This document shows, one piece after another, positions 43,055 to 53,495 of a stretch of 64,000 nt of DNA. Origin of the DNA: Nitrospirota bacterium. Lineage in GTDB: Bacteria; Nitrospirota; UBA9217. A program made the position numbers and the translations under genes. The stretch is taken from NCBI GenBank assembly GCA_963818475.1, contig CAWFSF010000002.1:704001-768000 (forward strand), written 5' to 3'. Position 1 is the stretch's first letter, and each line of letters begins with the position of its first letter. The notes beneath the pieces are model-generated. The model saw only the letters and a list, made by a program, of their open reading frames with translations, was not told the origin of the DNA and did not search any database.

Positions 43055-43771
43055 ATGCAAAAGCTGTCAAAACAGGAGGTGCTGTTGCTCTCCTCCTCGA
43101 CCGGAGACGCGTCGAACTGCGATCTGTCGGGCGTGCGGTTGACCAATCTCGAACTTCTCGGCATGTGTTTCGACGGGTCGCTGTTCACGGGAGCGGACCT
43201 GAGCAGCTCCAACCTGAGCGGATCGAGCTTTCGGAACGCGGTTCTGTCGGGATGCAACCTGGGCAGCTCGAACTTTACGGGATGCTCTTTCGAGCATGCC
43301 CGCCTCGATAAGGCGGACCTTACGTTCTCGACCTTTGTCGGCGCGGATTTCGCGAACGCTGATCTTCGAGAAGCGAACCTGACGAATTCGAAGATCTCTG
43401 CCGCCCGCTTCGAGAATGCAGACCTTACTTCCGCGAACCTGCAGATGACCGACGCCGCCATGATCCGCTGCGCAGGAGCCGTGCTCAGATCGGTGCATGC
43501 GCGCAGCGCGAGCATGATCGGCGCCGATCTTTCCCGGGCCGGCCTGCAGGGCGCGAACCTGCACGGCACGGACCTGAGCAACGCCGGCCTGGCCTCGGCA
43601 GATCTGCGGGATGCGGACATCCTCGACGCTACGCTTACCGCCGCGGACCTGACGAACGCCGATATGCGCGGCGCACGCCTGAAACGGACCGACCTGACCA
43701 GGGCGAAGCTCGAGGGGCTGCAGCATGATGAGGGCTTGAGCGACCTGCTGTCCCGGTACCGGCGTAAGTAG
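43055..43771 (+). CDS. Pentapeptide repeat protein
   Basis: Long run of A(D/N)LXX repeats. Confidence 0.92.
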   Translation: MQKLSKQEVLLLSSSTGDASNCDLSGVRLTNLELLGMCFDGSLFTGADLSSSNLSGSSFRNAVLSGCNLGSSNFTGCSFEHARLDKADLTFSTFVGADFANADLREANLTNSKISAARFENADLTSANLQMTDAAMIRCAGAVLRSVHARSASMIGADLSRAGLQGANLHGTDLSNAGLASADLRDADILDATLTAADLTNADMRGARLKRTDLTRAKLEGLQHDEGLSDLLSRYRRK

Positions 43772-43839
43772 TTCTGGTGCGGGCGTACCATCATCCTCAG
43801 GCACCGCTAAGTGATGCACAGTCGAAGGAGAGACGGATC

Positions 43840-44070
43840 ATGGCCAGTATTGTTGCGAAGCGGCCGGCTGTGGGCGTGGCGGCTGGAGTAATTTTTGCCG
43901 CACTGGGCAGACTGCTGATCAGCGTTGAAGGGGCGCAGCAGGGGATTGCAGGCGTCTTGAGCGGACTGTACATGGTGGCAGGCTATTTTATGCTGCTGGT
44001 CGCGTTGCTGTCGCTGATCGCCGGCGCAGCCGGAATATGGGGTGCGTACCGGTCGCGGCGATCCAGGTAA
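43840..44070 (+). CDS. Small membrane protein
   Basis: Two hydrophobic helices; AAGGAG RBS. Confidence 0.55.
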   Translation: MASIVAKRPAVGVAAGVIFAALGRLLISVEGAQQGIAGVLSGLYMVAGYFMLLVALLSLIAGAAGIWGAYRSRRSR

Positions 44071-44192
44071 GAGCAGGGGGAAAGGTTCGGGTACAGGGTC
44101 AGGGGGGCAAGAAAGACGAACGAAGAAAAAGAAAAGCCTGAGAAGAAATTTTCTCAGGCTTTACTAGTTTGCAGCTGCTGTCAGTCAGGCGA

Positions 44193-44597
44193 TCAGTTCG
44201 CCGATGCCATGAGCCGTTCTTTGTCCTGGAAAAGCACGTCGCACTTGTTGGTATAGAGCTTCTGTACCACACCCTTGCCGAAGGTATCGTGGTTGACAAT
44301 ATCGCCGACGCGGTACTTTGAACCCATGCTGTAGGAGTGTTCCTTGCCCCGCGCACCGGCCATGCCGCTTTCCCAGAGCGAAGACGCGTTCTTTGCGCTG
44401 TCGGCCTTTTTTGCCCGCGGCGTCCTGACCTTCGGAGGGTCCGCAGGATTTCTGAACTTGTGCACACTGCCGCAGGTCTTGCACTTCACTTTGACGATCG
44501 CTTCTCCGTCCATGGCAACGATCGCATGGTCGAGATTCAATTTGCACTTGGTGCACAGCGACGCAATGTTTTCACCTGCCGAGTATTTTTCGAGCAT
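44193..44597 (-). CDS. Zinc-ribbon hypothetical protein
   Basis: CTKC..H and CKTC..H; C-terminal H..FG.GVV SH3-like segment; AGGAGG RBS. Confidence 0.7.
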   Translation of the reverse strand: MLEKYSAGENIASLCTKCKLNLDHAIVAMDGEAIVKVKCKTCGSVHKFRNPADPPKVRTPRAKKADSAKNASSLWESGMAGARGKEHSYSMGSKYRVGDIVNHDTFGKGVVQKLYTNKCDVLFQDKERLMASAN

Positions 44598-44657
44598 AAA
44601 CCCTCCTGTTAACTACGCGTGGTATTTGTTCCTGCTTTGTCGTCCCGATCGATACCC

Positions 44658-44673
44658 TGTTTCCCGGGAAACT
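44658..44673. promoter_or_regulatory. Possible variant parS site
   Basis: Intergenic TGTTTCCCGGGAAACT, a 14-nt palindrome with changed central bases. Confidence 0.4.
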
Positions 44674-45067
44674 ATCAAGAAAGACCATTATACACCTATT
44701 TTGGGAAAAAAGCTTTAATTCTTTTAAGCAACTCTGCAACAATCGGTAAGGTTAGCAGGCGTAGGGTTTCCAACAGATAGATTCAGAAGATATCCGATCA
44801 AGTGGCTGATAAATATGGTTTAAATGCTGGCTAGGACTGTGCAAGGCGGTGGTCAGACGAAGAGGGGTTGGGAAGGAGCGTTGTCGGGACGGGAGACAAA
44901 AAGAAAATTCTGCAGAGAAGCGAAACTATAGGAAGCCTTTGTTTTCGAGCGGTTCAATGAAGGTCGTTGGGCTTTAACCGCCGAGGAGGCTCAGAGAAAA
45001 TCGTAACGCTCGGGTCCTCACCCAGAACCCCTGGGTGTTATTCCGCATTCCGAATTCCGCAATGCCT

Positions 45068-46731
45068 CTACTGTCCCATGCTCAGCGCCTGGCCGATGGC
45101 GGGGATAAAATCCTTTTTCCGCGACATGACGCGCGGCACGGTGCAGGTGTCGTTCACGACCTTCACGCCGAAGGCCTTCTCCACGATCCAGGCCTCTCCC
45201 CGGAGCAGGATGCGCTCCTGCCCCTTGCCGAGCGGGTTCAGCACCAGGAGCACCGTGAGGTCGTAATTGTTCGCCACGCGCAGGCGCTCGAGCTCCGCCA
45301 CCAGCTCCCGCTCCCGCGCGTCGATCTCGGCGCAGTCCAGCGACATCATCTGGCTCACGCCGAGCTTCTTCCCGCCGATCAGGAACTCCTTGAAGTCGGC
45401 CGCGATCAGCTCCGCGGCGCTCTTGTCCTCGAGGTTGATGCTCGCGTGCAGCAGCTCCCTGGCGAATAGGACGGAATGTCGACGCCGGCGATCTCGGCCA
45501 GGCGCTTCGCAGCCACATGGTCGCGCTCGGTCGTGGTCGAGAGCGTCAGCAGCAGCGTGTCCGAAAGGATGCCCGAGAGCAGGATGCCGGCGATCTCCTG
45601 CGGGAATGTGCGTCTGGTACAGGAACATGATGCCGGCCACGACCGTGCAGGTGCTGCCGACCGGGTCGTTGTACACGTAGATCGGCGCGGTGGTGGAGAT
45701 GTCGCCCACGCGGTGGTGGTCGATGATCTCGAGGATCTCGGCCTCCTCGATGCCGTCCACGGCCTGCGACAGCTCGTTGTGGTCGACGAGGATGGCCAGC
45801 TTGCGCACCGGTTTCAGCAGGTCCGTCCGGGTGATGAAGCCGATCAGGCGGCGGTCGCTGTCCACGACGACCACGGAGCGGTAGTCGGATTCGACGATCT
45901 TGTACGCGCACGTCCGAGATCGGCGTATACATCCCGACGGTCGGGCAGGTCGTGGTCATGATGGACGAGACCGGCTCGGACATGGTCATGAGCTGGACCG
46001 TGGCAAAGGCCGGGTGGGGGGACGAGAGCAGGAGCACGCCCTTTTCCGTCGCCGCGGCGATCACCTCGTTTGTCAGAACGGGCGTTGTCGGTCACGATCA
46101 CGGCGGAGCAGCCCGATCCGGATGAGCTCGAGCTGGATGTCGTTCTGGTCGCCCACGACCACGACGTCGCCCGGCCGCAGCCGGTTCAGCAGGGTGCCGC
46201 GCTGCATGGCCGCGATCAAGACCCGTGCCGGTGAGGACCGTGAGCTGCTTCGCATTGCTGATGACCCGGCCATCCAGGGTTTTGAGCAGGATGTCGAGCT
46301 CGATCGGCGCTTTCGAAAGGTCCGCGAAACCCACGCTGTCCATGTAGTGGCGGGCAATGTCCTTGAGCCCCACCACGCCCGCAAGCCTGCCGGAGTCGTC
46401 CACCACCGGCACGGACCGCACGTCCTGCTCGCGCATCATGAGCGCCAGGGCCTGGATGGAGTCCTGCACGTGGACGGCGATCGGCTTCTTGAGGTCAAGG
46501 TCGTTCACGGTCGCGACCAGGCTGTCGATCTCGGCCGAAGGGGGCACGCCGAACCGTTCGAGCACAAAGCTCGTTTCGTGGTTCAGCTTGCCGGCCCGCG
46601 ACCGGCGTGAAGACGTAGCGCTTGTCCGTGATGTTCTTAAAGTAGGCGTAGGCGATGGCCGAGCAGACCGAATCGGTGTCGGGCGTGGTGTGGCCGATGA
46701 CATACACATTTTTTATGCGGCTGGGGCTCAT
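45068..46731 (-). CDS. ppaC: Mn-dependent inorganic pyrophosphatase (family II, CBS/DRTGG), several frameshifts
   Basis: GH..PDTDSVCSA, CBS and DRTGG segments, LVDHNE, IIDHHR, PVGSTCT, DFKEF, SRKK spread across frames. Confidence 0.88.
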
Positions 46732-46849
46732 GAGGCGCATCTCTCTTTCCGGATCGTAGTACTAGAAGTATTATCGTACTATGCCGGTCCTTGTCAAGCG
46801 CGGAATCGAGGAGGAACTGGAAAAGCCAAGGAAAACACCCTTTTTACCC

Positions 46850-46877
46850 TTGACACCCCCAGGGTTTTGTATATAGT
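46850..46877 (+). promoter_or_regulatory. Sigma70 promoter of the tRNA operon
   Basis: TTGACA-16-TATAGT, 20 bp upstream of tRNA-Gln. Confidence 0.7.
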
Positions 46878-46896
46878 GCTAGCTCTGTCAACCGAC

Positions 46897-46970
46897 TGGG
46901 GGATCGTCCAGTGGTAGGACGACAGACTCTGAACCTGTTTACGGGGGTTCGAATCCTCCTCCCCCAACCA
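46897..46970 (+). tRNA. tRNA-Gln(CTG)
   Basis: Cloverleaf, anticodon loop CT-CTG-AA, GGTTCGAATCC, encoded CCA. Confidence 0.93.
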
Positions 46971-47080
46971 TAGATTTAGTACGGAATTGCAGAGTTGCAA
47001 GTTGCAGATTGCAACCTGTTGCAAGTTTCGACTTCCCAACTTCGAACTTTGCAATTCGGACGCCTCATTTCTTCACACAC

Positions 47081-47156
47081 GGTCCCATCGTCTAGCGGCC
47101 TAGGACGCTGGCCTCTCACGCCGGAGACACGGGTTCGATTCCCGTTGGGACCACCA
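47081..47156 (+). tRNA. tRNA-Glu(CTC)
   Basis: GGTCCCA...TGGGACC acceptor stem, anticodon loop CT-CTC-AC, GGTTCGATTCC, CCA. Confidence 0.95.
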
Positions 47157-47186
47157 TTTAAGTCCAACACTGTCACGCCACGACAC

Positions 47187-47217
47187 AAGCCCCTTTGAGA
47201 AAAGGGGCTTTTTGTTT
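47187..47217 (+). terminator. Rho-independent terminator after the tRNAs
   Basis: AAGCCCCTTT-GAGA-AAAGGGGCTT then TTTGTTT. Confidence 0.8.
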
Positions 47218-47409
47218 ATGCCAATAACGAGCGAGGGCGCGCAGGAGGCCAAGGTTTCTCGCGCTCTTCGCTGCTTCGCGGTAAAATTGTTCCGCATTTT
47301 GCATGAGTCCACCTACTCTTGCCTGCCGAAACAGGAAAAAGTATTTACAAAAAGAAAAAAATATCGTAGTATGTTGCACTTTTATGAAACAAATAGGCGC
47401 GGACCCGGC

Positions 47410-48255
47410 ATGAAATTATCTTCCCGTTATAACCATAAAGCGCTGCATTGCAGCCTGGTTCTTGTCTTTGTCATCCTCGCAGCATTATCCGGATGCGCAA
47501 CAGGCGACGGCCCCGCGTCTTCAGCTTCAGCCGGTTCAGCCGGACCTTTTGCCGATATCCTAAAAAGCTATGCGCCGACCGCGGAACCGCTCAACATTAA
47601 AAAGCTGCCCGTGAGTTTGCCAGGAGCGCAGCTCCCGGTTGCGAGCGTTGACGACGTCTATATTATCGTCCACCCCGGCTATGGCGTCTTTTTCCAGAAC
47701 CTTGCCGGTGAAAAGTATGGGACGTCGAAATATCTCCTTCTCAACAAGCAATTCGAAAACGAGACGGCCTTCCTCTCTTCCAGGGCGGCATCGGGCGCAA
47801 CCATCATTCTGGTCCTGCCCGGGAATTTCATGACCGAGAGCGTGGCCCCTAAATCCTTCATCTCCTACCTGAACAAAACTGCTAGAGGCCCTTCCGTGTA
47901 CTATATGACTTCGAAGACGTCGAGCAGCGGCAGCATAACCCATGACGACACTCTCAGCCTCTTTGCGTTCCTTCAAAGCGTAAAGGCCGAGCGGATCATG
48001 GTCGGCGGCGGGTATGTCGGGCGCTGCCAGGGTGAATTCTACAACGAGCTGACCTCATACCGGGGTGCCGAGCGCACCTATATCGTGCCGGAAATATCAA
48101 CCATCTCTCCTGTGGACATTTCCGATCAGGAGGCTGCTGCGGCCTTTGAAGCCATGCAGTTCAAAAACTATACCCTGGTCCGCCGGTTCATCGGAAAAAA
48201 GTCCCGAAACGCAACAGCGAACATCCTTTCCATTCCCCCGCCATCAAAAAACTGA
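47410..48255 (+). CDS. Hypothetical lipoprotein
   Basis: Lipobox LSGC; IIVHPGY and VGGGYVGRC motifs. Confidence 0.65.
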   Translation: MKLSSRYNHKALHCSLVLVFVILAALSGCATGDGPASSASAGSAGPFADILKSYAPTAEPLNIKKLPVSLPGAQLPVASVDDVYIIVHPGYGVFFQNLAGEKYGTSKYLLLNKQFENETAFLSSRAASGATIILVLPGNFMTESVAPKSFISYLNKTARGPSVYYMTSKTSSSGSITHDDTLSLFAFLQSVKAERIMVGGGYVGRCQGEFYNELTSYRGAERTYIVPEISTISPVDISDQEAAAAFEAMQFKNYTLVRRFIGKKSRNATANILSIPPPSKN

Positions 48256-48481
48256 AGCAATCTGCAGTGTTTGCTCATTCAACCATCTCTTTATCAGCCA
48301 TGCTCAGGACTTTCAGGTGGAACGAAAGGCCGAAGAACTAGGTTTCAGGAAATCCAAACGTGCCCTTCGTGCTGAAAAGGCTTTTTGGCTCCGCTTGTTC
48401 GGGTTCGCCTCCGAAGAGGTTCTCGATCTTTGATTTCGGTTTTATGAACTTTTAACTTCAATAAGAATGAACCACAGTTTA

Positions 48482-48605
48482 CCACGAAGAACACGAAGTC
48501 CTCGAAGTTAAAGGCAATATTTTGATTTTATCTCTTCAATTTCTTCGTGATCTTCGTGCCCTTCGTGGTGAAAAGGCTTTTTGGCTCCGGTTTGTTCGGG
48601 TTAGG
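48482..48605. repeat. Dispersed ~120 bp hairpin repeat, copy 2 (partial third copy at 48359-48405)
   Basis: Aligns with 22336-22455. Confidence 0.85.
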
Positions 48606-48824
48606 AGAAATGAAGAAGGAATGGTGAAATGGGGACTAACCTCGTTATGAAAGACGATTACCCCCAGTCCCGAAAAGCACGTATTTTGTTGCATAAACAA
48701 CAATTTACTGTTTGTGCGGTTGCCTGTGCAAATGCCATCAGCCTGCGCATTCCCGCTCAGCGTTTTCAATCAACCAAGGTAATGCGATAAACAATATTTC
48801 CAATAAAATCAAATTATTGTCAAT

Positions 48825-48841
48825 TTGGCATCCCTATTGCA
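48825..48841 (+). promoter_or_regulatory. Sigma54 (-24/-12) promoter
   Basis: TTGGCATCCCTATTGCA with exact GG-N10-GC spacing. Confidence 0.75.
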
Positions 48842-49072
48842 AAAGTAAGATACTAAAGCAGCACAAATTTGAATTATCAACTGCACGAACCCTATAACGA
48901 TAACGTTCCATAGTGAAAGGAGGCAGTGGCTGCCTGAAGCAGCAGAAGATGACCGCGACGAAAGATTTTTTCGAATTCGGTTCGGGGGGCGCGGTATTAA
49001 AAATTTAGGTAATTTGGTTTTTGGTTTGTAGTTAAATCGCAGTTAAATCTAGTAAAAAGGAGAAACAAAGCA

Positions 49073-49588
49073 ATGAAGAAGATTCTTGTAGCAGTACTGG
49101 TAGTAGCCATTGCGCTGATTGGCGTAACGGCGGCATTTGCAGCAAACCACACGTCCATGACTTGCAGAGTGTGCCATACGCCTCACGGTGGCCAGGCTAC
49201 TCCTCCCCTCTGGGATGCGGCTGGAGCTGCTGCCAGGGCTGCGCTCTCGGGTGCCGCTACTCCTGCTGGTGGTGCAGCGTCAATGGTGTGCATCAACTGT
49301 CATGATGGCGTTGGATATGCGCTTGCTGAAGCCTCGAGAACGGCTGTTTGGGCTGACGCTGGTATCAACGATCATCCGGTTGGCGTGGTCGGTGGCGGTG
49401 GTGGCGGAACGACGCTTGGTGTTTCTCAGGACGCGGGTCTTTATGCGACCGACAACACGGTGCAGTGTTTTTCTTGTCATTATGTACATAATGACCCCGC
49501 TATCACAGCACCTGGCACGACCTATGTAAGACTGACCCCTGTTGCTGGAGCTGGCAACCTCTGTCTTTCTTGCCATGTTGGCTGGTAA
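49073..49588 (+). CDS. Tetraheme c-type cytochrome
   Basis: Signal peptide; CRVCH, CINCH, CFSCH, CLSCH. Confidence 0.88.
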   Translation: MKKILVAVLVVAIALIGVTAAFAANHTSMTCRVCHTPHGGQATPPLWDAAGAAARAALSGAATPAGGAASMVCINCHDGVGYALAEASRTAVWADAGINDHPVGVVGGGGGGTTLGVSQDAGLYATDNTVQCFSCHYVHNDPAITAPGTTYVRLTPVAGAGNLCLSCHVGW

Positions 49589-50123
49589 TAGTTTATAAAC
49601 ATTGTTGAGTACTAAGAGGGGGAGATTCTCCCCCTCTTTTTTTGTGCCGAGCGTGTTCGGCAAAATCTATGGTTCTGGTTCTCTCTTTGTGCTGTAATCC
49701 GGATTCTTGCTGTTTCCCGATCAAGAAGAGAAACTCGTCTTCTCCAATGAGGTCCTAAAGCTCGCGGCCCGACAGGCAGGTGTGTTGGAGGGCACTCCAC
49801 GCAACTACCAGTCCACAAGACCTACAAAGCTCTTGACAAAAATCATCCAATTCCATTATTATGAAGTGATCGCTTAAGATATTTCGTTTGCGTGAGAGTC
49901 CGCTCTGCGTGACTGTTTTATAAACAGCCTCATAATATATAATATAATTGATACTAGAAACAACATTATTGCAGATGATGACCCTACCCCGTAATTCTTC
50001 CGTAGCCGTCGAGGTTTATCCCCGACGGTCTTGAATCGGGTAAAGGATGAGATTGCAGACATGTAAATACCATTGTGAGACTGTTCATATCTGGAATGCT
50101 TATGATACAAAGGAGACCGAGCT

Positions 50124-51251
50124 ATGGAAATCAAAACACACATAATATCAGTGGCCCTTTTTCTTGCCGCGGTCGTATCCGTGGCAGGTTGTGCAAAAGT
50201 GGTGGAAACTGACTATGCGCAGCGATACCCCGCTTATCCAGCTGAACCAAGAATCGCTTATATAAAGAGTTATTACGGCGTAGGTGATGAAGAATTCAGC
50301 AGCTTTGTGGAAACAATCGTCGGCTCTGCGGAGAACGAACTTATGGGAAAACCTTTTCAGGCCGTCTGGTCCCAGGATTCTCTCTATGTGACACTGCAGG
50401 CGGAAAAGGGAATTGGTGTTATAAATACTGTAAAAAAGAAATATGACATCATAAAAAATTTTGGAAACGTGACCTTTGAGATGGTCGCAGGTTTGGCTGT
50501 ATCTTCGGCAGGTGATATTTACGTTAGTGATTTCAGAGCGGGTAAGATCTACGTGGCTGATGGGAATTTCATGCTTAAAAAAACCATAGGTGCGGACCAG
50601 AAAGTGGTTACCCCGATTGCAATAGCGCTTGACGAGAAGCGGGACAGGCTGTATGTGCTTGATTCGGGGAGCAGGTCTATAAAAGCTTTCACCATGACAG
50701 GTGAGTTCCTCTTCGAGTTCGGAAAAAAAACTGCCGAGAATGCAGCAGAGCCCGAAGAACCCTATGGTTATTTCGGGATCGCGGTTGACAAGCGAAACGG
50801 AAGAATCGTGGCGTCGGATACCGCGAATTTCAAGATAAGGGTGTTTGACGATCAGGGCAAGCTCATCAGGGTGTTCGGAGAGGCGTCGGATGGGCCGATG
50901 GGTTTTGGAATGGTGCGGGGGGTGGGTGTCAACAGCGAAGGACATATTTATGCAACTGATTCGTTCACTCACTCGATATCCTTGTTTGACGAGGAAGGCG
51001 TTAGTCTCATGCTATTTGGCGGGTACGGTAACGGCCCCGGTCGTTTCAAAAATCCTCTTGAGCTTTCATTTGATGACAGCGACAGATTGTATGTAGCGGA
51101 CTCAATGAACGGCAGGGTCCAGATATTTCAGTATCTGAGCGACCGCTGGAAAAAAGATCATCCTGAAGAATATGCCAAGTATAAGGCAGAGCCGCCGGCT
51201 AAAAAACAAGTTATTAAAATGAAAGAAAAAAGTGTTCCGATAAAACATTGA
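50124..51251 (+). CDS. NHL-repeat beta-propeller lipoprotein
   Basis: Lipobox VAGC; repeated G.A...G.IYV.D units; LYVADSMNGRVQIF. Confidence 0.85.
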   Translation: MEIKTHIISVALFLAAVVSVAGCAKVVETDYAQRYPAYPAEPRIAYIKSYYGVGDEEFSSFVETIVGSAENELMGKPFQAVWSQDSLYVTLQAEKGIGVINTVKKKYDIIKNFGNVTFEMVAGLAVSSAGDIYVSDFRAGKIYVADGNFMLKKTIGADQKVVTPIAIALDEKRDRLYVLDSGSRSIKAFTMTGEFLFEFGKKTAENAAEPEEPYGYFGIAVDKRNGRIVASDTANFKIRVFDDQGKLIRVFGEASDGPMGFGMVRGVGVNSEGHIYATDSFTHSISLFDEEGVSLMLFGGYGNGPGRFKNPLELSFDDSDRLYVADSMNGRVQIFQYLSDRWKKDHPEEYAKYKAEPPAKKQVIKMKEKSVPIKH

Positions 51252-51382
51252 TGCATACTCATTAAGCGGCAGACCAGATGGTCTTGGCAGTCCACGTGGT
51301 ATGGATAAGAAGTGGTAGGGAGGCGGATTTGCTGCGAACAGCTGGTAAGATCTGCCGAACACGAATGATAAGGAGATTTCCT

Positions 51383-52198
51383 ATGAGACCCGGACCCCGC
51401 ACAGTTGCCTTGCTTACGAGTTGCATCATGGTACTCTGCCTCTTCTCGACCCATGCCTCCGCAGCCGACATCGACTGCCTGAAGTGCCACAGTAAGCTGA
51501 CCAAGGGCTCCGTAGTGCACGCAGCGGTTTCGATGGGCTGTACCACCTGCCATTCGGGTATTGATGCGAAGACCGTTCCTCACAAAAAGAACGGGGCTGC
51601 AGGGCACGGGCTTTCCGCTGCGCAGCCCGACCTGTGCTACGGCTGCCATGCCAAAGAAGCCTTTGAAAAAAAGCACGTCCATGCCGCGCTCGGCATGGGC
51701 TGCACCTCCTGCCATAACCCCCACTCGTCGAATAAGGCGAAGCTGCTCCTGTCGGACGCGCCCGACCTGTGCTTTACCTGCCACGATAAGGCATTGTTCA
51801 GCAAAAAAAACGTGCATGCGCCTGTTGCCGGAGGCATGTGCCTAACCTGCCACACGCCGCACTCCTCTGACGAAGTGGCTCTCCTGGCGAACACCCCCTA
51901 CGACCTGTGCCTGACCTGTCACAGCGAGATTACGAAGAAGCCGCACGCAATATCGGGCAGAGGCCACCCCCTCGGACCGATAAAAAGGCCAAAACCAGGA
52001 AAAAAGAAAAAGAAGAAGGCGGCACAGGAGCTTGCCTCAGCTCCGTCGACTACGCCCGTCATGGACCCTGCGCGGCCGGGAAGAGAGTTCTATTGCGGCA
52101 GCTGCCATGAGCCCCACAGCACCGATTCACCCAAGCTCTTCAGGTTCAACACAAAAAGCGCCATGGACATCTGCGTCAACTGCCATAGGAATTTTTAG
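51383..52198 (+). CDS. Nonaheme c-type cytochrome (doubled CXXCH type)
   Basis: Nine CxxCH motifs, signal peptide, Lys-rich insert. Confidence 0.9.
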   Translation: MRPGPRTVALLTSCIMVLCLFSTHASAADIDCLKCHSKLTKGSVVHAAVSMGCTTCHSGIDAKTVPHKKNGAAGHGLSAAQPDLCYGCHAKEAFEKKHVHAALGMGCTSCHNPHSSNKAKLLLSDAPDLCFTCHDKALFSKKNVHAPVAGGMCLTCHTPHSSDEVALLANTPYDLCLTCHSEITKKPHAISGRGHPLGPIKRPKPGKKKKKKAAQELASAPSTTPVMDPARPGREFYCGSCHEPHSTDSPKLFRFNTKSAMDICVNCHRNF

Positions 52199-52257
52199 CT
52201 CGCCGGTTGCCAGGGAATCCGGGGACAAGTGACCGCTCCACCCGATGGAGAATCAAT

Positions 52258-52301
52258 AAATAAGGCCCATGGCATTTCATTGCCATGGGCCTTATTGTTT
52301 T
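52258..52301. terminator. Bidirectional terminator-like hairpin
   Basis: AATAAGGCCCATGGCA...TGCCATGGGCCTTATT between convergent genes. Confidence 0.75.
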
Positions 52302-52462
52302 CTGCGAGATTCGATGTTGATCATTTCAACGTCTCGCTTTATCTATGAGCCTTGTGCTTTTTGCGGCCAAAATTACAGTTCACAGGTTCATTCTATTCGG
52401 AGACGTCTACGCAGCCATAGCCGCGCTTGAACTGAGCGCATCCCAAAGACGCACCGAAACAC

Positions 52463-53275
52463 CTATCTGCTCTCTGCGCTACGCGACGAAAATTTCTTCA
52501 TCCGGGCCATGAAGGCCAGAGCATTCTGCCGCTGCAGCGGATCGGCCATCCTGGCTGCGGCCATGCTCATGTTCTTATATGCCAGGTCATACTTGCCCGT
52601 CTGTTCAAGGGCACTGGCAGCGTTGGCGTAGTACGTCGGAGAGTCCGGGTCAGCATTGACAGCGTCAAGAAAATATTTTGCCGCCTTGCCGTACTCTCTT
52701 TGTATCATACTGAGCCGCCCCAGCGCGTTCAGCAACTGGGGTATCGCTGGATTGGCCCTTAACGCAGCCTCGGCGTATGCCGCGGCTTCCTCGTAGCGTT
52801 GCTGCCGCATGAATGCAAGAGACAGATTGGTCATGAGCTCCGGATCGCCGGGGGCGTAAACAAGGCCTTTTCGCCACGCTGACACGGCCTCATCAAGCGA
52901 TCCCAGCTGAAAATGGACCACCCCGATCTCACGATAGAGATCACGAAGCGAAATACTTCCGTCGTCTTGCAGCGCCAGAGCCATATTGAACTGCTCCAGC
53001 GCCTCCTGCAGACGCCCTGCTGTGGAAAGCGCCTGCCCATAATTTTCGTGTGCCCGCCCTTTACTGGGAGAGGTTTCAGTAATGTTTTTCCACAAGGAGA
53101 TCGTTGAACGATACACATCGTTCCTGGCAAGCGTCGCCGTCACCAGGCTGATAATAACCGCCGCGATCAGGGATAGTGAAAAGATCCCTCGAGGTGTCTC
53201 ACGCTCCATTGCTATCCGCGGCACGGCGGCAGTGGCGCTGTGCTTTTTTTTGAAAGCAATCTGGTTTTTTTCCAT
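52463..53275 (-). CDS. TPR-repeat protein with N-terminal TM
   Basis: T..RN.VY....LW....SP.K.RAH motif followed by TPRs. Confidence 0.8.
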   Translation of the reverse strand: MEKNQIAFKKKHSATAAVPRIAMERETPRGIFSLSLIAAVIISLVTATLARNDVYRSTISLWKNITETSPSKGRAHENYGQALSTAGRLQEALEQFNMALALQDDGSISLRDLYREIGVVHFQLGSLDEAVSAWRKGLVYAPGDPELMTNLSLAFMRQQRYEEAAAYAEAALRANPAIPQLLNALGRLSMIQREYGKAAKYFLDAVNADPDSPTYYANAASALEQTGKYDLAYKNMSMAAARMADPLQRQNALAFMARMKKFSSRSAESR

Positions 53276-53495
53276 TGATCAATTCTCTTTTTTGACGATT
53301 ACGCGAAGCCGCATAAGCCGTGACAAGGGCACCTTATTCAGGATTCGGCAGCCTGCGCCGCTGGCGGTGAAAGGGTTTTCCGGGACAGAATCAGGAGATA
53401 TTATTGCCGATATAGTGGACGTAGTCAAGTACAATGCAACGGGATGGGCGGGACGGGCAACGGGGAAGACAAGAATAAACACGGCCTCACACCCT

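Noticed and set aside
46897-52200. tRNA-integrated genomic island
   Set aside because: No integrase and no duplicated tRNA 3' end found downstream
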